A DNA stretch of 56,509 nt, from positions 1-56,509 of the forward strand of contig CASXBC010000005.1 of assembly GCA_949474265.1 (NCBI GenBank), written 5' to 3'. Position numbers and translations under genes: made by a program. Below the pieces are notes generated by a model. The model saw only the letters and a program-made list of their open reading frames with translations, was not told the DNA's origin and ran no database searches. Within the stretch, counting starts at the first letter, position 1; each line of letters starts with the position of its first letter. This DNA comes from an uncultured bacterium. GTDB taxonomy: Bacteria > Bacillota > Clostridia > Christensenellales > UBA1242. Shown one piece after another: positions 29,149 to 39,625 of this stretch.

Positions 29149-31176
29149 ATGAAAATCAAAAAACAATTGTTTGCTTTTTTATTTGTGTTTTTGGTTGCTG
29201 TTGTGTCAACAACTGTTTGTTCTTTTGATGTTGCTTTTGCCAGCACAGAAAACAAAGTTTTTCAATATCCAGAAATCATTACACAATTGGATAATTTAGT
29301 TGTTGAACTTGATGAGCTTGACAATGTTGTTGTTCTTCAGCCATCAATAAGTTTTGAACATGATGATTATGTGCTATATGACGAATATAAAATGAACAAC
29401 TATGTTACGGATAAGACTTATGTTGTGAGAGGTATAGCAACGGATGGAAAGGCAACAATTTGGTCTACTAATGGTTTTTCTCCAAGTGAAATAGGTCGAT
29501 ATGAATTGCAAATTCAAGCTAAAGTTGAAATGTACAACAAAAGCCAATTTCAATATGTTGAAGAAGGTTATTACACAAACATTGCTTTGGGTGAGGATGT
29601 GAAAATTACTTTTGGAGCATTTGATGAACACAGATTTGAAAAAGGCTCTGTTAGATATATTGTAAAGCAAGAAGCAGAGGGTATCAAATTTTTTGAAGCA
29701 GATGAAGAATTTGTGAAAGGAGAAGAAACTGAACAAAGCCTTGTAACAGGTTTAGGTGATTTCAATTCTATTGATTTTGAACTATGGTTTCAAGAGCTTA
29801 GACTTTTTGAGTTGGAATCTGAAGTGGCAAAAATTACTGTGCAAGATACTCTTGCTCCAATAATTAAGAACTATGACTATAGCAATCAAGAATCTATGAC
29901 AGTTGAAAGCTTTAAAGAGAATGGAATTGTTATTTATGGAATTGAAGCAACTGATGCAAGCGGAATTGACTTTGACAAATCTGAGATTACTATATTTTAC
30001 AAAAGAGCAAATGGCATGACAGGTGGAGAATATGTTGATGCTGTTGATGGTGCAATTTACAAATCTACATCTCCAAATCCTGATGGGGTTTATACGATAA
30101 CTTATAAGGTATTTGATAACAACGGAAACTTCTCAGTTGCAACTTACAATATATGTGTAGGTGATACAGTGGCTCCAGAAATCACACTGCCAAAGGATTT
30201 TATTCAACAAACACTTAGCGTTGAAGCTGGTCTTTCAATTGACACAGCAGAAATTTCTATCACTGATGATGTGACTTTGCCTGACAAATGTGATTTAACT
30301 ATTGAGCTTGTTGAAACCAACAGTGGAGAAGTCGTTGAGAGTAAGCTTGAAGGGACAAAATATATTTTTGACCTTGAACATAAAAAGTCATATAAACTTT
30401 CAATCAAAGTTCAAGACAAAGCTGGAAATACCACAGTTTTGGAATATATCTATGACAGCATTTCTGTGGAAGTTAAAGGAGAGGGTGAAGTTAACCTTTT
30501 GCCAAAGGCAGACTTATATTTGAGAGGAACAAAAGTTAATGTCGAAATTTTGGCGGAAACAGGCTGGGAACTTTTTGGTTTTGAAGGGGCAACTCTTGAT
30601 GCGTCAAACTCTTTTGATGTGGAAAAAGAGACTGTTTTGAGGGTTGTGTTTAAGGCTAGAAATATCTCACTTTCAAGCAATGATGATGTAGTAAAGCTTG
30701 ATTCAACAATGAACATAGTGCCTGAAGGCTCGACTGTTGAGGTTGAAAATGTCAAAGAGGGCGACCAACGTTTTTCATATCTTAAAAATCTTCTTTCAAA
30801 TCCAGACAAGCTTGCTGTGTTTGACATCAATCTAAAAGATTCAGAAGGAAACAACTTAACCAAACTTTCTTCTGTTGTAACTTTAAAAATCAAACTTGAG
30901 GATATTTTTGATGCAAATAAGATAAATGTCTTTCGTGTTGATTTGACAGGAGAAAAAACCAGACTTAATTTTGTTGTTGAGGATGGTTATATTGTCATTA
31001 ATACAGACCACTTCAGTTTTTACACAATTTCTCAGTCAGAAGGGTTTAAACCTGTTTCGCCATCTAAGGATGGAACCAATAAGATGGGGTTGACTCTAAT
31101 AATTTTGGGAGTTGTTGGTTTGCTGGCGGTTGGTGTTATTGCTGGTTTGGTGTTTGTAAAAAGGAAGAAAAATTGA
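29149..31176 (+). CDS. Cell-surface protein: signal peptide, Ig-like repeats, juxtamembrane HFS domain, C-terminal TM
   Basis: Signal peptide ending AFA; DTLAPII/DTVAPEI...DNNGN/DKAGN Ig-type repeats; TDHFSFYTI; TM followed by KRKKN. Confidence 0.85.
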   Translation: MKIKKQLFAFLFVFLVAVVSTTVCSFDVAFASTENKVFQYPEIITQLDNLVVELDELDNVVVLQPSISFEHDDYVLYDEYKMNNYVTDKTYVVRGIATDGKATIWSTNGFSPSEIGRYELQIQAKVEMYNKSQFQYVEEGYYTNIALGEDVKITFGAFDEHRFEKGSVRYIVKQEAEGIKFFEADEEFVKGEETEQSLVTGLGDFNSIDFELWFQELRLFELESEVAKITVQDTLAPIIKNYDYSNQESMTVESFKENGIVIYGIEATDASGIDFDKSEITIFYKRANGMTGGEYVDAVDGAIYKSTSPNPDGVYTITYKVFDNNGNFSVATYNICVGDTVAPEITLPKDFIQQTLSVEAGLSIDTAEISITDDVTLPDKCDLTIELVETNSGEVVESKLEGTKYIFDLEHKKSYKLSIKVQDKAGNTTVLEYIYDSISVEVKGEGEVNLLPKADLYLRGTKVNVEILAETGWELFGFEGATLDASNSFDVEKETVLRVVFKARNISLSSNDDVVKLDSTMNIVPEGSTVEVENVKEGDQRFSYLKNLLSNPDKLAVFDINLKDSEGNNLTKLSSVVTLKIKLEDIFDANKINVFRVDLTGEKTRLNFVVEDGYIVINTDHFSFYTISQSEGFKPVSPSKDGTNKMGLTLIILGVVGLLAVGVIAGLVFVKRKKN

Positions 31177-31266
31177 TAAAAAATGACTATGGTGCAAGTT
31201 TTTTGTTAAAGAAATGAAATTTAAAAATACTTTAAACAAAAGCTAAAACATATTTAAGGAGAACAA

Positions 31267-34200
31267 ATGAAAAGCATTTATACTTATTACAAAGAAAGAT
31301 TGATTGAAATCAGTGGCAAAAATAGAAGTTTGTATCTAAAAAATTTCAACAAGAAAAATGGCTATGATATTGGTCGAATACTTGCAGGTGATAGTGAACT
31401 TTGTGAGGAGTTTTTGGATGTTTTATTGAGTGGGAAAGCTGTGCCTTTCAATCTTTACAATAAAAACACAAAGAATCTTTTTATAACTGCAAGCAATATA
31501 AATTCTAAATTCCCAGACAAAACTTTTGGAGATGACAAGGAAAAGCAAAAGTATGAAAGGCAGAAGAGGGATTATGCCAATAAGGTGTTTGAACAAGAGG
31601 GAAAAGACCTCAAAACCTTGATGCGTGAAATTGAAGAGATTGAAAAAGAAACGGGCAGATATGAACTTTATGTTTGCTATCCATTTGTTTATGGGGCAGT
31701 TAAAAATTATACCTTAAAAGCTCCACTTTTGATGTTTCCTGTGGTGATTGATGTTGTTGACGACTCCAATATAAACATTTGCCTTAAGTATGGAGAGCAT
31801 ATTCAACTTAACAAAGCCCTTATGCTTGCTATTGCAGACAGCAAACATATTGACCTTCAAGATATGGATATGGAGTTTGATTCTATCAAGGCAAGATTTG
31901 GCTCAATTCAAGGCTTTTTGGATTATTTACGCTCATTTGGCGTGAAGATTGCTTGCAAATCAGAAAAGAAGTTGCAAGCTTTTGCCAAATGTGGAGAGCC
32001 AAGTATGGTCGCTCCGCTTGAAGTAAAAAATCTTTGTTTGCTTTCAAGATGTAGCTTGGCAAATTCTATCTATTCGGATTATTCAGCACTCGAGAAAAAA
32101 CATCTGACAAATGATTCAATAAATGAATTGCTTAATGCAAAATTGGTCAAGAAAAAATCCACTAAATGCAATGATTTGTTTTTGATAAACAATGTTGATT
32201 ATGCACAAGAGCAAGTTGTCAGAAAAGTCAATGAAAGTGGAAATATGGTAATTTATGGACCGCCGGGCACAGGCAAATCTCAAACTATTGTCAATGTGAT
32301 TTCGGATGCAATTTGTAAAAATAAAAAAGTGTTGGTAGTTTCTCAAAAGAAAGCTGCTCTTGAGGTTGTTTTCAACAGGTTGTCAAATCTAAATAGCAAA
32401 GCAATGTTTATTGTTGATGCCGAGAAAGAAAAGAGAGATTTTTACAAGAGATGTTTTTCTTCTCATGAAGATATTTTAAAATCCAATTATGATGACAAAC
32501 TTTTAAAAGAATATGTTGAGCTTGAAAAGAAGCTTGAGCTTGAGACTGCAAACTTAAATACTATTTCTGATTGCTTAAACAAGCCAACGCCGTTTGGTCT
32601 TTCTTTGCAACAAATGTATTACAGTTCTTACAAAATTGGAAAGAAATCCACAGAGTATGTGCTTTATAAAGCAATGCAAAAAGATAAGCAATTGATGTCA
32701 CTTAATTACAATGAACTTGTAAATGCTCTCAGCATTTTGCAAGAAAAAAACAAGGCAGAAATATATTTCAATTATGTTGAAGAAAAAAAGAAGAATCCAT
32801 TTATTGACACTTTAAAAGAGGGGTTGAGTGTGCATGTTGTTGCGGAGGCTCAATCAAAACTTAAGAGAATATTTGCCACAAGAAAGGCTCTTTTTGATGT
32901 TGGGAAATATAAATATGCTAGACAAGTTTTGACTTATTACGACCAAGTTAAAAATGACAAAAACAGTAAAGCTCTCATTAAGCTCATTGCCAAATATGAG
33001 TATCCAAGCTCTGACAGGTTTTTGAGTGGCAGTTGTTTAATTTTTCCTCTTTATCCTTTTGCAAAGATAAATATGATTAAAAAGGAGAAGTTGGTTAGAT
33101 TTGAAGTTGAAAAGACTTTGCTTGCTGTGGACGAATATATTGAAGACTATTCTTTCTTAAAAAACATTTTGACGGAAAGCGGATATCTTCTTGCCGTCGA
33201 TGGAATTTTAAATGGAAACAATGGCATTTTGAGATTGCTTCTTTGGGCGGTTGAAAATTATGTTATGCTCAGTGACACATGTTTGACTCTTAAAAATTTG
33301 GATGAAAACCAAAAACATGTGCTTGATTTCGCTTATGAAAATGGAAACACTTATCCTAAATATATCAATGTTTTAAAATCTATTTTGCCTGTAAGAATAT
33401 ATCATGAGATAGTTAAATATGAAGAGGAAAGACATGATGCTCTCTCTACAACTGTTGACTTTGAAAACATCAGAGCAAGAATTGTCTCAATCAAGAAGCA
33501 ACAGAATGAGGTCAGCAAGAAGATTGCTCTTCAAACCTTTAATGAAGACTATAAAAAATTGATAAATGGCAGCACTGCGAGCAAGGATTATATCTATCAA
33601 ATTGCAAAGAAGCAAAACTTTTGGTCAATCAGAAAAACAATGGATGTCTATGGCGACTATTTGTTTAAACTTTTTCCATGCTGGCTTTTGTCTCCAGAAA
33701 ATGTTTCAACTATTTTGCCTCTTACCAGAAATCTTTTTGATGTCGTACTTTTTGATGAGGCATCACAGGTGTTTATTGAAAACACAATCCCTTCTATTTA
33801 TCGTGGAAGCAGAATTGTTGTTGCAGGGGATGCGAAGCAGCTTCGTCCAACCACAACTTTTATGAAAAGATATATGGGTGCTGGAGTTGAGGATGATATG
33901 GATTATACAACTCAAGCAGCACTTGAAGTTGAATCTTTGCTTGATTTGGCAGTTTCAAGATATGAAAGCTCCAACATCACCTATCACTATAGAAGCAAAA
34001 ATGAAGAACTTATTGATTTTTCAAACAAAGCTTTTTACAACAGCACGCTTCAAATTGCTCCTAATGTTTCAAAAAATATTAGGCACAAACCAATTGAAAG
34101 GATTTTGGTGGATGGTGTTTGGCGAGATAGGAGAAATCCTGAAGAAGCAAAGAAGATTGTTGAACTTATTAAAAGTATTTTAAAAACTCGAAAAGAGAAT

Positions 34201-35019
34201 GAGACAATTGGAGTGATTACTTTCAATGTTGAGCAGGAAAACTGCATTGAAGAGCTTATTGACAAAAAGTGTTTTGAGGACACTGAATTTAGAAATCTTT
34301 ATATCAAAGAGAAAAACAGAATTGAAGATGGCGAAGATGTAAGTTTGTTTATCAAAAATCTTGAAAATGTGCAAGGTGATGAGAGAGACATAATCATTTT
34401 TTCAATTGGTTATGCGAGAAACGAATTTGGAAAGGTTAATGCTACTTTTGGCTCACTTTCTAATGAGGGCGGGGAAAACAGGTTGAATGTTGCCATCACT
34501 CGTGCAAAGAAAAAGATTTATGTGGTGACAAGTATTGAGCCAGAAGAGCTTAAAGTTGATTCTTCAAAGCATATTGGTCCAAAGCTTTTAAGAAGTTATT
34601 TGACTTACACCAGAGCAGTTTCAAATGGAAATGTTGAAGAAGTTAAGACTATCTTGAACAGTTTTGGAGAGGTTGAAACCTCAAAACCGTTGCTTTCAAA
34701 TCTTCTTCCAATAGAAAATCAGATTGCAAGCAAACTTGAAAAACTTGGTTACAAAACTGACCTCAATCTTGGAAATTCAAATAGTAAGATTTCAATTGCG
34801 GTTTATGACAGAAAAAAAGACAGATATTTGCTTGGGATTGAAACGGATGAGGCTGTGACAAAAACTTCAAAATCTACGCTTGAAAGAGATGTTTTTAGAA
34901 ACGAATTCCTTAGATCAAAAGGCTGGAAGATGTTTAGAGTTTGGAGCAGAGATTGGTGGCATAATCCAAATCAGGTAATTAATGCTATAGTTAAGGAAAT
35001 TGAAAAGCAAAAGAAATAA
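31267..35019 (+). CDS. DUF4011 + SF1 (DNA2/NAM7-like) helicase + C-terminal Vsr-like domain
   Basis: RLIEISGKNRSL; GPPGTGKSQT; FDEASQ; GDAKQL; HYRS; VQGDERD; RLNVAITRAK; GWKMFRVWSRDWW. Confidence 0.88.
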   Translation: MKSIYTYYKERLIEISGKNRSLYLKNFNKKNGYDIGRILAGDSELCEEFLDVLLSGKAVPFNLYNKNTKNLFITASNINSKFPDKTFGDDKEKQKYERQKRDYANKVFEQEGKDLKTLMREIEEIEKETGRYELYVCYPFVYGAVKNYTLKAPLLMFPVVIDVVDDSNINICLKYGEHIQLNKALMLAIADSKHIDLQDMDMEFDSIKARFGSIQGFLDYLRSFGVKIACKSEKKLQAFAKCGEPSMVAPLEVKNLCLLSRCSLANSIYSDYSALEKKHLTNDSINELLNAKLVKKKSTKCNDLFLINNVDYAQEQVVRKVNESGNMVIYGPPGTGKSQTIVNVISDAICKNKKVLVVSQKKAALEVVFNRLSNLNSKAMFIVDAEKEKRDFYKRCFSSHEDILKSNYDDKLLKEYVELEKKLELETANLNTISDCLNKPTPFGLSLQQMYYSSYKIGKKSTEYVLYKAMQKDKQLMSLNYNELVNALSILQEKNKAEIYFNYVEEKKKNPFIDTLKEGLSVHVVAEAQSKLKRIFATRKALFDVGKYKYARQVLTYYDQVKNDKNSKALIKLIAKYEYPSSDRFLSGSCLIFPLYPFAKINMIKKEKLVRFEVEKTLLAVDEYIEDYSFLKNILTESGYLLAVDGILNGNNGILRLLLWAVENYVMLSDTCLTLKNLDENQKHVLDFAYENGNTYPKYINVLKSILPVRIYHEIVKYEEERHDALSTTVDFENIRARIVSIKKQQNEVSKKIALQTFNEDYKKLINGSTASKDYIYQIAKKQNFWSIRKTMDVYGDYLFKLFPCWLLSPENVSTILPLTRNLFDVVLFDEASQVFIENTIPSIYRGSRIVVAGDAKQLRPTTTFMKRYMGAGVEDDMDYTTQAALEVESLLDLAVSRYESSNITYHYRSKNEELIDFSNKAFYNSTLQIAPNVSKNIRHKPIERILVDGVWRDRRNPEEAKKIVELIKSILKTRKENETIGVITFNVEQENCIEELIDKKCFEDTEFRNLYIKEKNRIEDGEDVSLFIKNLENVQGDERDIIIFSIGYARNEFGKVNATFGSLSNEGGENRLNVAITRAKKKIYVVTSIEPEELKVDSSKHIGPKLLRSYLTYTRAVSNGNVEEVKTILNSFGEVETSKPLLSNLLPIENQIASKLEKLGYKTDLNLGNSNSKISIAVYDRKKDRYLLGIETDEAVTKTSKSTLERDVFRNEFLRSKGWKMFRVWSRDWWHNPNQVINAIVKEIEKQKK

Positions 35020-35135
35020 AAAGATGTATTAATCGCATCTTTTTTTTGTATTTTGTCACAATTTTGATAAGTTTTGAGAAAAACTTGACTTGTATGTATG
35101 AAAATGAGTTATAATAAAGAACAAGGAAGAGACAA

Positions 35136-36677
35136 ATGAGTTATGAAGATATTATAATACTTGTTGTAACATTGCTTATGTTTTTGATTACTATATTTAC
35201 AATTTACTCATACTTTTATACAATCTTGGGTGTCTTTGCTTATAAAAAATTTCCAAAGGCGAAAAAACAATATACCTATGCAATTTTGATTGCTGCGAGA
35301 AATGAAGAAAGAGTTATTGCGAATTTGTTAAAAAGCATATATGCACAAGATTATGAACAAGAGAAATTGAGGATTTTTGTTGTCGCAGACAACTGTACAG
35401 ACAAGACTGCTGATATAGTCAAAGCATTAATTGCTGAAGGACATGAAAATACATATGTATATGAGCACAACAATCCAAATGAGAGGACTAAAGGCTTTGC
35501 ACTTAAATATTTGTTTGAGCAAATGAAAGCAGATGGATTGAAAGAAGGTGTTGATGGTTATTTTGTTTTTGATGCAGACAATATTTTAAATGTTGACTAT
35601 ATAACGAAAATGAATGATGCTTTTGATTATTATGATGGAAAAAGAGGTGTTACTTCTTTTAGAAATTCAAAAAACTTTACTACAAATTCCATCTCTGCAT
35701 GCTATGGCATTTGGTTTTATAGAGGGTGTAGATTTGAGATGCGTGGAAGGACATTGTGCAACTGTTCTACTCGTGTTTCGGGGACAGGTTATCTTGCCAC
35801 AGCAGAGATGATGGCAGAGGGGTGGCCTTATGTTACGTTAACTGAAGATTGGGAATTTTCTGCCGACCAAATTCTTCAAGGTAGAAAAATTATGTATTGT
35901 GAAGAAGCTGTTTTTTATGATGAACAACCAACAAATTTCAAGGTTATGTGGAGACAAAGAGTTCGCTGGGCTAAAGGACATTTGCTTGTTTGTTTGACTA
36001 AATGGTTTCCGCTTTTCAAAAATTTATTTAGAAGAAAAGACAAAAATGGAAACAAAATCAACAAAGTTTCCACTTATGATATAATGTGGAAAATTACACC
36101 GGTACAAATTGTCAATTTAGTGCTTACAATTTGTCAATATATTGCATTGGCATTTTTGCCTTTGGCTGGAGTAAACGTTAGTGAATTGGCAGAGTCATAT
36201 TTGATGCTCTCTTTGTTCCATTTGTGCAAAAGCTATTTATTTAATCTAATAGCATGTATAGGTATGTTGGCTTTGGAATATAAACACATTAAACAAGTTG
36301 GAGGCGGTGGCTTGGGAAAAGTGTTTTTATTGTGTTTCTTCTGGCCAATATTCTGTTGGCTTGGTCTTCCAATTGCAATTGTTGCACTCTTTTCAAAAAA
36401 TCTTCAATGGAAAACGATTCCTCACAAGGACACTACGAGTATTGAAGATATAAATCAATATCAACAAAATGAAAAAGTAAATCAATCGAAAGGGGATGTT
36501 GAAGTTTTGCCAGATGCGTCTTTTGCACAAGAAGCTGAAGCTGTTCAATGTTGTGATAAAGTGGCTGAAGAAAAACTATTGAATGAAGATGAAATGAATT
36601 TGGAGCTTAAAAAGTTGAAAGATCATATTCAATCTCATGTGGAAGCTGAAGATGTGCAAACTGATGAAATTTCATGA
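35136..36677 (+). CDS. Processive GT2 glycosyltransferase
   Basis: AARNEE, ADNCTD, FDAD, TED, QRVRW motifs; N- and C-terminal TMs. Confidence 0.92.
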   Translation: MSYEDIIILVVTLLMFLITIFTIYSYFYTILGVFAYKKFPKAKKQYTYAILIAARNEERVIANLLKSIYAQDYEQEKLRIFVVADNCTDKTADIVKALIAEGHENTYVYEHNNPNERTKGFALKYLFEQMKADGLKEGVDGYFVFDADNILNVDYITKMNDAFDYYDGKRGVTSFRNSKNFTTNSISACYGIWFYRGCRFEMRGRTLCNCSTRVSGTGYLATAEMMAEGWPYVTLTEDWEFSADQILQGRKIMYCEEAVFYDEQPTNFKVMWRQRVRWAKGHLLVCLTKWFPLFKNLFRRKDKNGNKINKVSTYDIMWKITPVQIVNLVLTICQYIALAFLPLAGVNVSELAESYLMLSLFHLCKSYLFNLIACIGMLALEYKHIKQVGGGGLGKVFLLCFFWPIFCWLGLPIAIVALFSKNLQWKTIPHKDTTSIEDINQYQQNEKVNQSKGDVEVLPDASFAQEAEAVQCCDKVAEEKLLNEDEMNLELKKLKDHIQSHVEAEDVQTDEIS

Positions 36678-36701
36678 TAATTTTTATATTTTTAACAAAA
36701 T

Positions 36702-36731
36702 AAAATCTCATTGAATTGATGAGATTTTTTT
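36702..36731 (+). terminator. Intrinsic terminator
   Basis: aaaatctcattg-aa-ttgatgagattttttt. Confidence 0.7.
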
Positions 36732-36792
36732 ATTGTTAGTTTGATTGTTGTTTTTGTTTCAGTTATGGATTAAATTGTGCTATAATCAACAA

Positions 36793-37704
36793 ATGGAAAG
36801 ATATTTGCATTTAAATTCTTGGCTTAAGAAAAAGTTTGGACAAAGAGTTTTGAAAATTTGTGTTGATGGTGGTTTCTCTTGTCCAAATCGTGATGGGAAA
36901 TGTGGCGTTGGAGGCTGTATTTTTTGTGGAGAATCAGGCAGTGGAACCTTAAAAAGACAATTAAGCATAACTGAGCAAATCCAAAATCATCTTAAAAGTT
37001 ATCGTGGAGAGCGTGCGGAAAAGTTTATTGTTTATTTTCAAAATTTTACAAATACTTATGACTCTTTGGAGAACTTAAAGAGAAAATATGATGAGGCTCT
37101 TTTTTGCAGTGACAAGATTGTAGGTCTTTCTGTCGCAACAAGACCAGACTGCATAAATGAAGAAATTGTTGGACTTTTGAAAAGTTATTCTGATAGATTT
37201 TTTGTGCAAGTCGAACTTGGGCTTCAAACCGCAAATGATGAAACAGGAGAACTTATAAATCGTGGTTACAGCACTTGCACTTTTGAAAAGGCAGTCAGGC
37301 TTATGTCAGAAAACAACTTGGATGTCGTGGCTCATATTATGGTTGGATTGCCAAATGAGACAATGGAGGATTTAAAGCAGACTGTAGAATTTTTAAATTC
37401 TCAAAAAATAGCTGGTTTAAAAATTCATTCAACTTATGTCACTTGTGGCACACGGCTGTGCCAGATGTTTGAACAGGGAGAGTATGTTCCATTGCAACTT
37501 GAAGAGTATCTTGATGCAGTGGTGTATGTTTTGACACATATAAATAGTCAAGTTGTTATCCACAGATTAAGCGGAGATGCACCAAAAGAACAACTTGTCG
37601 CTCCGATTTGGAACGCTCACAAGAAGTTGGTTTTGAATGGGGTGGATAGGATTTTGCGTGAGCAAAATTTGGTGCAAGGTCAATTTTATGAAAAAAAAGA
37701 GTAG
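36793..37704 (+). CDS. TIGR01212-type radical SAM protein (YhcC/YtqA family, tRNA-modification associated)
   Basis: GFSCPNRDG...GGCIFC, YFQNFTNTY, ATRPDC, VELGLQT, VIHRLSGD. Confidence 0.92.
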   Translation: MERYLHLNSWLKKKFGQRVLKICVDGGFSCPNRDGKCGVGGCIFCGESGSGTLKRQLSITEQIQNHLKSYRGERAEKFIVYFQNFTNTYDSLENLKRKYDEALFCSDKIVGLSVATRPDCINEEIVGLLKSYSDRFFVQVELGLQTANDETGELINRGYSTCTFEKAVRLMSENNLDVVAHIMVGLPNETMEDLKQTVEFLNSQKIAGLKIHSTYVTCGTRLCQMFEQGEYVPLQLEEYLDAVVYVLTHINSQVVIHRLSGDAPKEQLVAPIWNAHKKLVLNGVDRILREQNLVQGQFYEKKE

Positions 37705-37709
37705 AAAAA

Positions 37710-38489
37710 CTACTCTTTTCTTAATATATCAACTATATGAGAGCCAGCACCAAGAAGGTCTCCCCTTTCTGCAATACTTTCAACATATTTAAGGTAAATA
37801 GAAAAATCCTCTTCAGACATTTTGTTTATCCATGGTCGTAAATAATCTGTTGGACCATCGGGTGAAAATATTTTTAATCTTGCAAGTCCACTTGCATTTT
37901 GCAGGGCATTGATTGTCTCTAAAGTGTCATAACTGTATAAGTCATCTTCAGTGGTGTTGGTTTTGAAATCTGAAGTTAGTTTACCTTCAGCAAGAACTTT
38001 TTGTAGATTTCCTTCTTTAAATGCAAAAGTGATTATGCTGTAATCATTCATGCAATAAGCAACGAAAATGAGTCCATTCTGCTTTGTTATTCTTTTGGCT
38101 TCATCAAGAGTTTTGAGCTTATCTTCAAAACTAAAAAGGTGATACATTGGTCCAAAAAGCAGCGTGATGTCAAAGGAGCTGTCTTTGAGCATCTTAAGAT
38201 TTAAAGCATTGCCTTGAAACACTTTGCAATCTTTGCAACGCTCTTCAATCATGCGGACATTTTTCTTGACGAGTTCTACAGCGGTGACGTCTCCACCAAG
38301 AGAAGAAAGTTTTTCGCTGTATCTTCCACTGCCAGCTCCTATGTCTGCAATTTTTGGGCGAGAGGTAAAGTCTGTTAAGCTTTCAATATATGTCATTGTG
38401 ACAAAAAATTCTACTTGTCCATGACGAGAGAGCAAGCGTTTGTCTTCATTAAATTTGTTGTAATACTGTTCGATTTTTGTAAGTTTCAT
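37710..38489 (-). CDS. Class I SAM-dependent methyltransferase
   Basis: EDKRL...GQVEF, DIGAGSGRYS, GNALNL, LLFGPMYHL. Confidence 0.92.
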   Translation of the reverse strand: MKLTKIEQYYNKFNEDKRLLSRHGQVEFFVTMTYIESLTDFTSRPKIADIGAGSGRYSEKLSSLGGDVTAVELVKKNVRMIEERCKDCKVFQGNALNLKMLKDSSFDITLLFGPMYHLFSFEDKLKTLDEAKRITKQNGLIFVAYCMNDYSIITFAFKEGNLQKVLAEGKLTSDFKTNTTEDDLYSYDTLETINALQNASGLARLKIFSPDGPTDYLRPWINKMSEEDFSIYLKYVESIAERGDLLGAGSHIVDILRKE

Positions 38490-38630
38490 ATTAATTATTG
38501 TAGCATTTGAAAAACTTGAAAGCAAGAGAATTGAGGGACAATGTTTTGCAAATTATTAAAATGTTTTTGAGTAATGGGTTTTGTATGTTATTATATGGCC
38601 AGAAGCATGTTTTTAGCATTGGAGGGAGTT

Positions 38631-39209
38631 GTGAGTACAATTTTGATTGATGTTGATGATGTGATTTGTGATAATCACTTTTTGCCTGTTGTAAACAATT
38701 ATTTAAATTCAAACTATAAAGAGGATGATTTCAAATCTGAAAAATATGAGCTTGAGCTTTTTCCAAAGGCTGAAGATAGATTTAAATTTTATGATTATTT
38801 TTGTTCGGTGGATTCGTATGAAAATTTAGGTTTGAAGAAGGGAGTTTCTCAGGTGTTGGAGAGGTTGTGCCAAAAACACCGTGTAATCCTTTTGACAAAT
38901 GCTTGTCACTTTGAAAATAGCTTTGCTATGGGGAGACAATTCTTTGATAAATGGAAGTTTTTGTTAAAGGAGTTGCCATTTTTTCCTCCAGAAAACATAA
39001 TTTTTTCTGCACAAAAGGATTTGCTTGTTGCTGATATGATTATAGATGATAGAATTAGCAATTTACGGGGTGGGGATTATAAGTACAGGCTTCTTTTCAG
39101 TTGTTTTCACAATAAAAATATTTCTGATGAAGAATTGGAGAAAAATGGTATTATTAGAATGGACAGCTGGCATGAAATTGAAAAATTTATAAATAAATTT
39201 TTGAAATAA
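38631..39209 (+). CDS. HAD-superfamily 5'(3')-deoxyribonucleotidase (NT5C-like)
   Basis: LIDVDDVICD, K..FL...LPF, KDLLVADMIIDD; SD GGAGG before GTG 38631. Confidence 0.85.
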   Translation: MSTILIDVDDVICDNHFLPVVNNYLNSNYKEDDFKSEKYELELFPKAEDRFKFYDYFCSVDSYENLGLKKGVSQVLERLCQKHRVILLTNACHFENSFAMGRQFFDKWKFLLKELPFFPPENIIFSAQKDLLVADMIIDDRISNLRGGDYKYRLLFSCFHNKNISDEELEKNGIIRMDSWHEIEKFINKFLK

Positions 39210-39247
39210 TGAATTTAAATTTTTTATAAATGGTGCTTTGATTAGTT

Positions 39248-39583
39248 ATGAAAACAATAAATCTTGAGCAAGAAAATTATACTGTTGACCATGCTTTGAA
39301 GATGGTTGAGATAGAAATAGAAAATGCAAAGCTTGAGGGAGAGGTTGCTCTCAAGATTGTGCATGGATATGGCTCTCATGGTGTTGGAGGGGTTATTCTT
39401 TTGTCGCTTCGTCCTTTGCTGGTCAAATGGAAGAGAAAAGGTTTTATTAAAAATTATTTCTTTGGCGACAAGTGGAATTTGTTTGATGTTGATACTCAAA
39501 GAATTTTACAAAGAGACAAATCAATCTATGGAGATAAGGATTTTTATTGTAGTAATCCGGGTATAACTATTATTGAGCTTTAA
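39248..39583 (+). CDS. Stand-alone Smr domain protein
   Basis: LKIVHGYGSHGVGG...NPGITII. Confidence 0.85.
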   Translation: MKTINLEQENYTVDHALKMVEIEIENAKLEGEVALKIVHGYGSHGVGGVILLSLRPLLVKWKRKGFIKNYFFGDKWNLFDVDTQRILQRDKSIYGDKDFYCSNPGITIIEL

Positions 39584-39593
39584 AATTGTGATT

Positions 39594-39625
39594 AAAAAAA
39601 TCAGAGAATTTGCTCTGATTTTTTT
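39594..39625. terminator. Bidirectional terminator
   Basis: aaaaaaatcagag-aatttg-ctctgattttttt. Confidence 0.8.

Noticed and set aside
31220-31260. Possible sporulation-sigma promoter (CATATTT) before the DUF4011 helicase
   Set aside because: Spacing to a -35 element is not convincing; too short to support
36793-38489. Radical SAM + methyltransferase as a YtqA/YtqB operon or RiPP cluster
   Set aside because: Genes are convergent with separate promoters, the MTase lacks YtqB features, and there is no precursor peptide or SPASM domain
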